Shown here: positions 52,459 to 61,812 of the stretch, in pieces
How positions within the stretch are numbered: position 1 is the stretch's first letter
How the letters are laid out: every line of letters begins with the position of its first letter
Source of the DNA: Solirubrobacterales bacterium
Lineage (GTDB): Bacteria; Actinomycetota; Thermoleophilia; Solirubrobacterales; Solirubrobacteraceae
Reading direction: 5' to 3'
Assembly: GCA_027306855.1 (NCBI GenBank)
Contig: DAHUYZ010000006.1
Span: forward strand, 375 to 64,374
Length of the DNA stretch: 64,000 nt
The notes under the pieces: generated by a model
The model's database searches: none
Told to the model about the DNA's origin: nothing
The model's input: only the letters and a program-made list of their open reading frames with translations
Translations under genes and position numbers: made by a program

Positions 52459-54077
52459 CCGAGCAACCCGCCATGCAACGCGCCGAGCCCGGTGGGGTGC
52501 GCGTGCGCAGGGCGCTGTTGTCCGTGTCCGACAAGGCCGGCATCCTCGAGCTGGCTCGCGGCCTGGGAGAGCTGGGCGTGGAGATCGTCTCGACCGGCGG
52601 CACTGCGCGAGCGCTGACCGACGCGGGGCTGGTCGTGCGCGCGATCGAGGACTTCACCGGCTTCCCGGAGATGATGGATGGGCGCGTGAAGACGCTCCAC
52701 CCGCGCCTGTACGCCGGCCTGCTGGCGGTGCGCTCCGATGAGGATCACCTGCGGGCGGCGGCCGAGCACGAGATCGAGCCGGTCGATCTCGTGTGCGTCA
52801 ACCTGTACCCGTTCGAGGCCACCCTCGCGCGTGGCGCTCCGCCGGAGGAGATCGTCGAGAACATCGACATCGGCGGCCCTACGATGATCAGGGCCGCGGC
52901 CAAGAACAGCGCGTATGCCGCCGTCCTGGTCGACCCCGCCGACTATGAGACAGTGCTCGAGGAGCTGCGCGCGTCTGACTGCCGCCTGTCGCTGTCCACA
53001 CGCGATCGCCTTGCGGGCAAGGCCTTTGCCTGCACCGCCCGCTACGACGCCGCCATCTCCGGCTGGTTCGCAAGCCGCGCCGGCGAGGACTTTCCTGAGC
53101 AGCGCACGCTCGCCTACGAGAAGGTGGCGGAGCTTCGCTACGGCGAGAACCCGCACCAGCGCGCCGCCTACTACTCCGAAGTCGGCGCCCCCACGCACCT
53201 GCTCGCAGGCGTCACGCAGCTGCACGGCAAGGAGCTGTCGTTCAACAACCTGCTCGACCTCTCGAGCGCCAGGCAGCTCGTCGAGGATTTCTCAGAGCCG
53301 GCGTGCGCGATCGTCAAGCACAACAACCCCTGCGGCTGTGCGCTCGGCAAGACGGCGCAGGACGCCTACGGGCGCGCGTTCGCGTGTGACCCGATGAGCG
53401 CCTTCGGCGGTGTGATCGCGCTGAACCGTCCCGTCGACGAGGGGTGCGCGCGGGCCATATCAGACCAGTTCGTCGAGGTGCTGCTGGCGCCCTCTTTTGA
53501 GCCGCAGGCGCTGGCAGTGCTCACAGAGAAGAAGAACGTGCGCCTGCTCGAGTTGCCCGACTGGCCCGAGCCCGCGGGCGGCCTCGAAGCCAAGCCCGTA
53601 ATCGGCGGCCTGCTCGTGCAGGATCGCGACGAGGTCTCAGAGACCCCCGACCAGATGCGGGTGGTGACGAGTCGCCAGCCCGGCGAGCGCGAGTGGGCGG
53701 ACCTGCGCTTCGCCTGGCAGGTGTGTCGCCACGTGCGCTCCAACGCGATCGTGATCGCCCGCGAAGGCGCCACGATCGGGATCGGCGCGGGCCAGATGAG
53801 CCGTGTCGACGCGGTCAAGATCGCGATCGAGAAGGCCCGTGAGGCGCAGGGGCAGGCGGATGGAGAGGGAAGCGCCGGCGGGGATCCTCTGGCGGGCTTG
53901 GTCCTCGCCTCAGACGCGTTCTTCCCGTTCGCCGACGGCCCCCAGCTGGCGATCGATGCGGGCGTCACCGCGATCATCCAGCCGGGCGGGTCGGTGCGCG
54001 ACGAGGAGGTCATCGCAGCCGCCGATGAGGCGGGCATCGCGATGGTGGCGACCGGCATCCGCCACTTCAGGCACTGA
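52455..54077 (+). CDS. purH: Bifunctional AICAR transformylase / IMP cyclohydrolase
   Basis: ALLSVSDK, GRVKTLHP, YGENPHQ and KHNNPCG motifs. Confidence 0.97.
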   Translation: MTEQPAMQRAEPGGVRVRRALLSVSDKAGILELARGLGELGVEIVSTGGTARALTDAGLVVRAIEDFTGFPEMMDGRVKTLHPRLYAGLLAVRSDEDHLRAAAEHEIEPVDLVCVNLYPFEATLARGAPPEEIVENIDIGGPTMIRAAAKNSAYAAVLVDPADYETVLEELRASDCRLSLSTRDRLAGKAFACTARYDAAISGWFASRAGEDFPEQRTLAYEKVAELRYGENPHQRAAYYSEVGAPTHLLAGVTQLHGKELSFNNLLDLSSARQLVEDFSEPACAIVKHNNPCGCALGKTAQDAYGRAFACDPMSAFGGVIALNRPVDEGCARAISDQFVEVLLAPSFEPQALAVLTEKKNVRLLELPDWPEPAGGLEAKPVIGGLLVQDRDEVSETPDQMRVVTSRQPGEREWADLRFAWQVCRHVRSNAIVIAREGATIGIGAGQMSRVDAVKIAIEKAREAQGQADGEGSAGGDPLAGLVLASDAFFPFADGPQLAIDAGVTAIIQPGGSVRDEEVIAAADEAGIAMVATGIRHFRH

Positions 54078-54166
54078 CGGCCGGATAGCTGCGCCAGGCT
54101 GCGTCCTCGGTCGCTCGTGTACCGAAGCCGGGAGACACTCGCTCCGCTCGCATCCCCGTTTCGGCC

Positions 54167-54235
54167 AGCACACCACGCTCCCTGCGTCCTTCACCAACGG
54201 CTTTGCCGTCGGTGCCGGCTTGCTCTCCGACCGTC
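54167..54235 (-). repeat. REP-like intergenic repeat, copy B (inverted relative to A)
   Basis: See copy A. Confidence 0.85.
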
Positions 54236-54246
54236 AGGATCCTCCG

Positions 54247-55050
54247 TCAGGGATGGCCCCTGCGCGTTTGCTTGCGCGTGGGACACTTGATCTTCGTGCT
54301 CGCGCTCGACCGCGATCCGTCGGAGAAGCTGAAGCGGGCGGCGAAGGGGAAGCCGCCGCGAGGGCAGTGCGGGGGAAGGAGGATCCCGCGCGGCCTGTAG
54401 GCGAGCGTCATGCCGCCGGCGTGTTCGTAGTAGAAGACCTTCTCGGGACCGATGGTCGCGTGCAGGTGGATCACGGAGATGAAGGGCGCGCCTGGGAGCG
54501 TCGGGACGAGCGGGATGGGGATGCTCACGAGCCCGCCGAAGGGCGAGGAGGCCGGGAGCAACACGCCGGGGAACAGGATGTGCGTTTCGACGGGGGTCCA
54601 GCCTTCCGCGTAGAACAGAACCGAGAGACGCCCTTCCTGGTTGGGCGCGCGAAAGATCGTGATCAGTGCGCTCTCGGTGATTGGGGTGATGCCGAGCACG
54701 ATGCCGGTAAACGCGACGCCGTAGCCCATCACCGAGTCCGGTGGGCAGCCGCGCGGTCCCGACGCTTCGAGCGCCTGGGCATTGCAGTCTTCCAGGCCAA
54801 GGCCGCTCAGCCCGATCCCGAGGTTGCTCGGGTAGCGCAGGTCGACCTGAACGAGCGGGGGCGGCACCTGGCCGGGGGGCGCGTAAAAGGCAAAGCCGAA
54901 CTCGAGCGTCGTGCGGGAACCGAGCCGGTCGGGGACGAACGTCGCGTCCAGGCTTGCGGGGGTCGCGGCGCGCGCCGCCGGCGCCATGCAGGCGCACAGT
55001 GCGATCGCTGTGCACGTCGCCCGGAGTCCCCACACCGCTACGACCCTCAT
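54247..55050 (-). CDS. Exported hypothetical protein
   Basis: Signal peptide ending ARA-A; paired Cys; beta-rich. Confidence 0.75.
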   Translation of the reverse strand: MRVVAVWGLRATCTAIALCACMAPAARAATPASLDATFVPDRLGSRTTLEFGFAFYAPPGQVPPPLVQVDLRYPSNLGIGLSGLGLEDCNAQALEASGPRGCPPDSVMGYGVAFTGIVLGITPITESALITIFRAPNQEGRLSVLFYAEGWTPVETHILFPGVLLPASSPFGGLVSIPIPLVPTLPGAPFISVIHLHATIGPEKVFYYEHAGGMTLAYRPRGILLPPHCPRGGFPFAARFSFSDGSRSSASTKIKCPTRKQTRRGHP

Positions 55051-55073
55051 CACGCAGCGTCCCGTCAGACCCG

Positions 55074-56537
55074 TCAGTAGTAGAGCGTTCCGACGGTTTG
55101 GACGACGAGCGCGTAGGTGTTGCGGTTGAACGTCCCGTACAGTTTTGCGATCCCGTGTGCCTGCCTGAAGCGACCGCTGCCGCCCGTGACGGTGAGCGTC
55201 CCGGCGAAGCTTTCGATCGCGCTCGCGCCTTTCGGGATCGCGCTTCCGTGTCCGCGGATCGCGCCGCCGCGCACGTAGAACGTAAAGCTTCCGCTGAAGC
55301 GGCCTTCGACGCGCATGTGGACCTTCATCGAGCCGGGCAGCGTCCCGCCGGCTCTCCCCTCCTCGAACAGCAGCGAGCCGGACGCTGAGATGTAGTGCAG
55401 GTGCGCCGTATCGGTCGCTTTCAGGGTGTGCGCGGCGTGTGCCCGCGGCGAGACGGTCGCCCCCCCGGCGCCGATTGCGCCGGCCGCCAGGACCACGGCG
55501 GCGATGCCCGCCAGACGCTCTGCCAGTCGCCATGTGCGCATCACCACAAGCGTAGGGCCTATCGGCCCGCCTAGCTCCGGTTGCAGGCGTGCGAGAACCG
55601 CTTGTGCGTGGGGCTCGCGGGCGGCCGGCGCGCTCGAGTAGTAGGCCACGACGCCCTCGAGCGTCATGCGGTGGTGCGGGCCGTGCCGCAGCCTCCCGGC
55701 GGCCTCGATCGCGCCATGGGCGGTCGCCGCCAAGCGCAGGCCCATCTCCTCGCCGCTCTCGTACAACGCCTGATAGTCCAGCGTCCCTATCGCAGAATCC
55801 TCGGCGCGGTCGATGACGCTGTCGAGCATCGTGAGCGCCCCGATGCGCAGGTACAGCTCGTCGAGCGCGTCTGCGTCAGCTTCGCTCGTGCACGGGTCGG
55901 CCGCCGCCGCGATCAGTGCGTGCAGGCAGAGCACGGAAGCCTGCGCGCCGGCCAGCCACTCGCGCCAGCCGAGCCCGGTCGAGTGCGCCTGGGCGCGTGC
56001 CCATCGCTCGAGCTCTCCCAACCCGTGCCCGTCCCGGATCGCATGTCCGCGCGTCTGGGCCTGCCCGCAGCGCTCGGCGGCTCGCAGCGCTGGCTCCCTC
56101 ACAGCCGCCGCTGCCGGCAGGCGCGCCACCCGCTCGCGAGCGGTCACGATCAGCTCGCGCAGGTAGTCGTCGTCGTGCCCGTCTGCATCGCCCGCCGCCG
56201 GCTTGAAGGGCAGACCGAGGACGTCGTGCGCAGGCTCATCGCGGTGCATCGCGTGCTCGCCGAGCGCGTCGAGGTAGTCGTAGGCGACCTGCAGCGCCAC
56301 GATCGCCTCGGTGACTTCATCGCGGCGGGCGCGTGGGGCGATCGTTGTGAGCGTGGCCGCCAGTCGCGGGTTGAACCGCTCATGGGACAGCTTGTCGAGC
56401 GCGAGCGACCGTCGCCTGGGGTCCTCGATCTTCGTGGCCCGCTCCTTCCAGCGAGCGAGCTGCGCCCGCACGCGCGGCGCCACCGTCGTCCAGTAGCGCA
56501 AGTTCGCGCACACGAGTGCTCCTATGACGCTAGTCAT
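55074..56537 (-). CDS. DUF2600 (YtpB tetraprenyl-beta-curcumene synthase-like) protein fused to a TM/signal segment and an exported beta domain
   Basis: AYDYLD and TMLDSVIDRAED acidic motifs; then a hydrophobic helix, AHA-A cleavage-like site and Gly/Thr-rich domain. Confidence 0.75.
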   Translation of the reverse strand: MTSVIGALVCANLRYWTTVAPRVRAQLARWKERATKIEDPRRRSLALDKLSHERFNPRLAATLTTIAPRARRDEVTEAIVALQVAYDYLDALGEHAMHRDEPAHDVLGLPFKPAAGDADGHDDDYLRELIVTARERVARLPAAAAVREPALRAAERCGQAQTRGHAIRDGHGLGELERWARAQAHSTGLGWREWLAGAQASVLCLHALIAAAADPCTSEADADALDELYLRIGALTMLDSVIDRAEDSAIGTLDYQALYESGEEMGLRLAATAHGAIEAAGRLRHGPHHRMTLEGVVAYYSSAPAAREPHAQAVLARLQPELGGPIGPTLVVMRTWRLAERLAGIAAVVLAAGAIGAGGATVSPRAHAAHTLKATDTAHLHYISASGSLLFEEGRAGGTLPGSMKVHMRVEGRFSGSFTFYVRGGAIRGHGSAIPKGASAIESFAGTLTVTGGSGRFRQAHGIAKLYGTFNRNTYALVVQTVGTLYY

Positions 56538-59268
56538 GCAGCGCAAGCCTCGGTGAGACGTGTGAGGCGCGCCACGCCGGCAGCGCGACGATCGAAAGCA
56601 CGATTGCGATCGCTATCGCAAGGACCTCCGCCGGGCGCAGACCTGCGGCGAGTCGTTCGACGGGGAAGCCCGTCACGTGACTGAGGTAGCCGTCGATCAC
56701 GAGCTGCCCGTATGCGCCGGCGAGCGTTCCGGTGAGGCAGCCGGCGCTCAGCATCAGCGCGGACTCGACGAGCAGGATCAACCGTATGCGCCGCGGACGC
56801 ACACCGGCCAGGCGCAGGCCGGCGAGCGTTGAGCGGCGCTGCCAGATCGCGGAGGCAAGCGCGGTGGCCAGCGCGAGGATCGCGCCGCCGAGCAGCAGCG
56901 TCGAGATCTCGCCGAGGTGGCCGAGCCCTTCGCCGGCGAGCGCGTCGATGCGCGCTTCGCGTTCGCGGGCCGTCACGACTTCGAGCCCGTTGCCGCCACC
57001 GCCCGCCCGCCCGCCGCCACCGACTGCCAGTGCGCCGCCAGGGACTCCCCGTCCGTTGTCCCCGATCGCCCGTTCGATCGCCCGCTTGGCGCTTGTTTCG
57101 CTTACGCCCGGTGAAAGCGTCACGCCGAATGCGTTTGGAGCGTGCGTACCCCACAGGCGCGAGAAGTCCGCGCTCGACATGAACAGAGCGCCGGGGCTCC
57201 ATGCGAGGTTCGTGGTCGTGGCCGCGATCCTCATCGTGACGGGGCCGCTCGGTGTCGGCAGTGTCAGCGTTCCGCCGACGCCCGTATCGTGTTCAGTCGC
57301 TATCTGCCGGGAGACCGCGATCCACCCGCCTTCGCCGAGGTGACGCAGCGCCACGGGCGCGCTGCCCTGCGCGATCTGGCTTTCGAGCACGCGTCTTTGT
57401 GCCCTGGGCGGACGTGCGATGACCCATACGCGGCGGCTGCCGAACGCCAGGAAACCACCCTGAAATGCGGTTACGCGCGAGACGCCCTTCACAGACGCGA
57501 TACGCGCCTGAACGCCATCCGCGCCGGCGCCCGCGCTCGTGTTCGCCCGGCCGTCGATAGCGCCGCTTGCGGTTCTGTTCGCAGGGCTGTCCCCGCCCAG
57601 CGGCACGACCGCCTGGTTGTCGCCGGGATTGCCGACCCAGATTTGTGCGTCGGAGGAGTAGCTGCGCGCGAACCGTTCGAGCCCGTGCAGCAGGTCCGCG
57701 CGGCCTCCCCCGAGCGCGACTGAGCCGAACAGGGCAACAGCGCCTGTCGCTGCCAGGGCAAGCGCCCGCAGGGTGGTCGAGCGCAGCGCGGACAGGGCGA
57801 CGGGCAGGATCGTGAGGTGCGCTCGTCGCCGCGTGAGCTGGGTGGCGGCTGCCAGTACGAGCGCGAAGCAGAGTGGGACGGCGAGCACGGTTGCCAGTGC
57901 GAGCAGCCCGCAGGCCAGCAGCGCATACTGGGGAGCGGCCGCATACAGCACGCTGGCGCACGCGAGCAGCGCCGCGGCGCTGGCGCCGAGCGTGGTTGCG
58001 GAGCGAGTGGACAGCACGCCGCCCGTCGCTGCGCCGTCGTTGTGGTAGACCGCATCGAGCATGCGGCCCGGCCGCAGGTCGAGCAGTGGCGTGGCCGAGG
58101 CAAGGCAGGTGGCGAGCACGCCGCCCAGCAGCGCGAGCGCGAGCGGCTGGGTCGTCACGATCGTGCGCGTCCCGAGCGTGAACGCCTCAGCGAGGTAGCC
58201 GGTCGCCGGCTGGAACGCGCCGCCTGAGAGCAGGTAGCCGCCCGCGACGCCGGCTAAGGAGGCTGCGACGCCGAGGACGAGCGCCTGGAACGCGAACAGT
58301 TGAACGATTGCGCGCCGTTTCGCGCCGTTGAGACGCAAATCGGCGATCGTGCGGCGGCGCTCTGGCACGGTCAAGAGCAGCGCGGCAAACGCGAACAGCA
58401 GTCCAAGTAGTGCGCTCACTGCCGCGAAGAAACCGCTTGCCTGGTCGGAGGGGCGCAGCGCTTGGCGCAGCAGATCGACATCCTGATTTGCCGCGACCAC
58501 GTCGACGCGGCCTTTCGCGAGGCGTGTCAGCTCCCTGCTCACGGTCTGTTGCTCACCGGGTTGCGTCTGTACGAGCACGCGGCTGATGCGCCCTGGCAGG
58601 CCGGCGAGCCGCTGGAGCTGACCGAGCGGCATGACGGCGACGTGTGCTTGGGAGAGCGCGCCGAACGTTTCGGCTCCCAGCACGGCCGAGACCGCCAGCG
58701 GGGTGACGCGACCGTCCAGCGTCAGCGAGACCGTCGTGCCGGTGGCGGCGTGGGCGCTCGCCGGCGTGGGCGCGACCGTAAGACCGAGAGCGCTTGCGGT
58801 GGAGCGCGACAGGCCGATCCCGCCCGCCGAGAGCGTGGAGGTGGGCAGCGTGTGCGCGAGGCCGTCGAGCACGACGAGGCTCGTGTCGGCGCCGGCCAGG
58901 TCGACCGTGACGTGCCGGCCGTCCGCCGCTGTGATCGTGGCGGTCCGCTCGAGCAGTGGCGCGGCCTGCTTGACGCCCGCCAGGCGTTCCACCGCTGTGA
59001 GCGTGCTTTCGGAGAGGCCGTCGCCGCCGCGTGCGCGCAGCTGAAGGCTCGCGGGACCGGTGACCGCGTGTACGACTTCGCCCGCTGAGCCCGCGATGCT
59101 CGAGGCGACGATGATCGTGGCGAACACGATGGCCACGCCGATCGCCACCCCTAGGCCCGCGAGCAGCTCCTGGACTGCGTGTACCCGCAGCCGTCGGCGG
59201 TACAGGTAGAGCAGCGCGCCGGTCCGCATCAGCGGGCGCGCACGCGCGACGGTGTCAGTCGCGGCCAT
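56530..59268 (-). CDS. ABC transporter permease, FtsX/MacB family
   Basis: Two periplasmic loops plus FtsX-type TM blocks (ERRRTIADLRLNG, QRRSTLAGLRLAG). Confidence 0.88.
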   Translation of the reverse strand: MAATDTVARARPLMRTGALLYLYRRRLRVHAVQELLAGLGVAIGVAIVFATIIVASSIAGSAGEVVHAVTGPASLQLRARGGDGLSESTLTAVERLAGVKQAAPLLERTATITAADGRHVTVDLAGADTSLVVLDGLAHTLPTSTLSAGGIGLSRSTASALGLTVAPTPASAHAATGTTVSLTLDGRVTPLAVSAVLGAETFGALSQAHVAVMPLGQLQRLAGLPGRISRVLVQTQPGEQQTVSRELTRLAKGRVDVVAANQDVDLLRQALRPSDQASGFFAAVSALLGLLFAFAALLLTVPERRRTIADLRLNGAKRRAIVQLFAFQALVLGVAASLAGVAGGYLLSGGAFQPATGYLAEAFTLGTRTIVTTQPLALALLGGVLATCLASATPLLDLRPGRMLDAVYHNDGAATGGVLSTRSATTLGASAAALLACASVLYAAAPQYALLACGLLALATVLAVPLCFALVLAAATQLTRRRAHLTILPVALSALRSTTLRALALAATGAVALFGSVALGGGRADLLHGLERFARSYSSDAQIWVGNPGDNQAVVPLGGDSPANRTASGAIDGRANTSAGAGADGVQARIASVKGVSRVTAFQGGFLAFGSRRVWVIARPPRAQRRVLESQIAQGSAPVALRHLGEGGWIAVSRQIATEHDTGVGGTLTLPTPSGPVTMRIAATTTNLAWSPGALFMSSADFSRLWGTHAPNAFGVTLSPGVSETSAKRAIERAIGDNGRGVPGGALAVGGGGRAGGGGNGLEVVTAREREARIDALAGEGLGHLGEISTLLLGGAILALATALASAIWQRRSTLAGLRLAGVRPRRIRLILLVESALMLSAGCLTGTLAGAYGQLVIDGYLSHVTGFPVERLAAGLRPAEVLAIAIAIVLSIVALPAWRASHVSPRLALHD

Positions 59269-60079
59269 CTCGTCCTCCGGCGCGCGCCGAAGACCTGATT
59301 ACTCCGCCGGCGCCTTGCCCGTCCCGACCCGCGCTTTGACTGTCGCGTCCGGCATCATGGTCGTCGCGATCGGTGTCGTGCCCTTCGCCGCTCTGGGTGT
59401 GGCGCCTGGGGTGCCCATCGACGAGGCGACCGTCGCGCAGCGTGCATCGGCGGTCTGCGATGGCGGCGGCCTCGAGGTCGTGGGTGACGAGCAGCACCGC
59501 CGCCGCGCGATCGCGGGCATAGTCGTGCAGCAGCCTTACGATCTCGTGGCTGCGTGCGCTGTCGAGCGTGCCGGTGGGCTCATCGGCGAGCACGAGCGCC
59601 GGCTCTCCCGCCAGCGCCCGTGCGATCGCGACGCGTTGGCGCTCCCCGGCCGACAGCTGCTCGGGTGTGCGCCGCAGCGAGCCGTCGAGGCCGACGCGGG
59701 AAAGCCATGGCCGCACACGCTCTTGTGCCGCGCCGGCGCCCATTCCGCCGAGGACGAGCTTTAGGGCGGCATTCTCGAGCGCCGGCACGCGCGCCATCAA
59801 TTGTGGGCTCTGATACACAAAGCCGACGTCGCGGTGCAGATAGTCGGCCGCCTCGCCGGTCGAGAGGCGTCCGAGGTCGCGGCCCTGAAAGCGGATCGAG
59901 CCCGAGTCTGGAGCGAGCAACGCGGCGACGAGCAGCAGGAGCGTCGTCTTGCCTGAGCCGCTCGGCCCGTGAAGCGCGAGCCTTTCGCCGGCCGCCAGGC
60001 GCAGGCTGACGCCGTCGACGGCGCGCACCTCCTCGCCGGCGCCGCGATAGTGCTTGACGACGTGCTCGAGCTCGAGCAT
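59255..60079 (-). CDS. ABC transporter ATP-binding protein (LolD/MacB type)
   Basis: GPSGSGKT, LSAGERQ, ADEP and VTHD motifs. Confidence 0.93.
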   Translation of the reverse strand: MLELEHVVKHYRGAGEEVRAVDGVSLRLAAGERLALHGPSGSGKTTLLLLVAALLAPDSGSIRFQGRDLGRLSTGEAADYLHRDVGFVYQSPQLMARVPALENAALKLVLGGMGAGAAQERVRPWLSRVGLDGSLRRTPEQLSAGERQRVAIARALAGEPALVLADEPTGTLDSARSHEIVRLLHDYARDRAAAVLLVTHDLEAAAIADRRCTLRDGRLVDGHPRRHTQSGEGHDTDRDDHDAGRDSQSAGRDGQGAGGVIRSSARAGGRDGRD

Positions 60080-60129
60080 GAGCGCAAGCTATAGAGCGCC
60101 GTGCCGCCAGGCGTGCCGGCGGGCTCTGT

Positions 60130-60840
60130 TCATCGGCCGGCGGCTTGGCAACGTAAGGGCACGACTTCGGCGAGCTCGGGAGTGCGCTCGCCACGCAGCA
60201 CGCCATGATCGAGCGATAGGGCGCGGTCGGCACCTGAGAGGCCGGTCGCGTCGTCGGTCGCCGTGAGGATGGCGATGCCTTCGTCGGCAAGGGAGCGCAA
60301 CAGCAAGAGGATCTCATCGCGCTGAGAGAGGTCGACGTCGCGGATCGGGTCGTCGACGAGCAGCAGCGATGGCTCTCCTACGAGCGCGCGCGCGAGCGCG
60401 ACGCGCATCGCTTCTGAGCCGTCCAGCTCATGTGGCGCAAACGATGCGCATTCGCTCGCCTGCACCCGCGCGAGCGCTGCGAGGGCTCCTGAGCGCGCTT
60501 TGCGTTCGGAGGCGCCGCGCGCGAGCTGGGTGACGAGGAGCTCGTCGAGGACGCCGCGCGATTCCCCACCGTAGAGCCCGCGCTTGCAGTAGCCGATGCC
60601 GGCGCCGAGCGCTTGGGAGCCGGCCCGCAGCTCGCGTCCCTGAAAACGCACGATGCCCGCGTCGGGCGCCTCGATGCCGGCTGCGATGCGCAGCAGTGTC
60701 GAGCGTCCGCAGCGTCGGCGACCCCAGATCGCGACCAGCTCGCCCTCCTCTACATCGAGGCAGGCGTCGGCGAGCAGTACGTGCTCGCGCGTCCCGTTAC
60801 GCCGCCGCCGGCCGATGTGCCACAGTTCGAGCAGGCTCAT
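60130..60840 (-). CDS. Degenerate ABC ATP-binding-like protein
   Basis: GRRRCGRST (Arg replaces Lys), LDGSE signature, VDDP (no Glu), no H-loop His. Confidence 0.8.
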   Translation of the reverse strand: MSLLELWHIGRRRRNGTREHVLLADACLDVEEGELVAIWGRRRCGRSTLLRIAAGIEAPDAGIVRFQGRELRAGSQALGAGIGYCKRGLYGGESRGVLDELLVTQLARGASERKARSGALAALARVQASECASFAPHELDGSEAMRVALARALVGEPSLLLVDDPIRDVDLSQRDEILLLLRSLADEGIAILTATDDATGLSGADRALSLDHGVLRGERTPELAEVVPLRCQAAGR

Positions 60841-61457
60841 CGCGCGATCGAAGCCAATGTGTTCGCGCTCAGTTGAAGGCGTGCGTAGGCCACCCAGGCG
60901 AGCCGCGCCTCCAGCGCTAGGCGCTCGTCCTCGAGGCATAGGCGCTCGGAGAGCAGCGCGCCCGTGTCGGCGCCATCCCGGCTGTGGCCGCGCGAAGGCG
61001 TGGCCCTGCTTGCCTCGGAGAGGCACGCCTGCTCATAGCGGTCGAGCACGGCGAGCGCGCGATCGGGAGGGAGCATTGCGAGCTGGGAGGCGAACAGTCG
61101 CGAGCGCGTGCGGTCGTGCTCGACATGCGCTACGAGCCACGCTTGGAAGCTCTCGAGGCCCTGCTTGGTGACCCGGTAGTGCAGCTTTGGCTGGCGCGTC
61201 AAGGGGCTGTCGGACGGCAGGACGCGCTGGATGAGCCCCTTCTTTTCGAGCGCGTCGAGCGCGACGTAGATTTGCGAGGGGCTCGACAGTTCGAGCGACT
61301 CGCCGTATGTCCGTTCGAAGCGCTGGACGAGCTCGTAGCCGTAGGAGGCTCGCTGGATCACGAGGCCCAGCAGTGCCCAGTTGATTGGAGAGCGCATCTC
61401 GACGGTCGCCCGCTCGTGCGCTGCGAGCCCAGACTGCGATGCGACCCTCGCTCCCAT
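60837..61457 (-). CDS. PadR-family transcriptional regulator
   Basis: WALLGLV...YGYEL...SQIYVALDALEKKGLI...YRVTKQG; start may be ~61397. Confidence 0.9.
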   Translation of the reverse strand: MGARVASQSGLAAHERATVEMRSPINWALLGLVIQRASYGYELVQRFERTYGESLELSSPSQIYVALDALEKKGLIQRVLPSDSPLTRQPKLHYRVTKQGLESFQAWLVAHVEHDRTRSRLFASQLAMLPPDRALAVLDRYEQACLSEASRATPSRGHSRDGADTGALLSERLCLEDERLALEARLAWVAYARLQLSANTLASIAR

Positions 61458-61500
61458 CTGGGCCAAGACTAGCGCGACCGGCCAGCGCGGGCTACTCACA

Positions 61501-61518
61501 ATCTAGAAACTTCTAGAT
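61501..61518. promoter_or_regulatory. Inverted repeat ATCTAGAA-AC-TTCTAGAT, probable PadR operator
   Basis: Perfect 8-bp arms overlapping a TTCAGA-N18-TAGATT promoter-like sequence on the minus strand upstream of padR. Confidence 0.65.
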
Positions 61519-61706
61519 CGCGCTCTGAAACGTGTGGGTTGTGAGTCTCAGCGGGAGGGCCATCAGCGCTCGGTCGGACAGAGCCTGTGCTGACGTCTGC
61601 GGTAGCCACCGACCCGTTCGCCCACGATGATCTCAGCCGTGGCCCAAGATCTTCTCAGCCGAGAGGAGTATCCCCAGGCGCCGACGCCGCGCCGAGGGCG
61701 TCGTCG

Positions 61707-61812
61707 CTACCGCGAACCCGTCGGGGCGGTACGCCCAACCTGTTTGCAGACGTCGCGCGTCAGGCCGGGACCGATCTCGTTGTGTCGCGGCAGCGCGGCC
61801 ACCTCGTCTTTG
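61707..61812 (-). pseudogene. C-terminal remnant of a HicA-family toxin
   Basis: KDEVAALPRHNEIGPGLTRDVCKQVG matches the HicA xPRHxEI...CKQxG C-terminus; the N-terminus is replaced by repeat copy 1. Confidence 0.65.
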
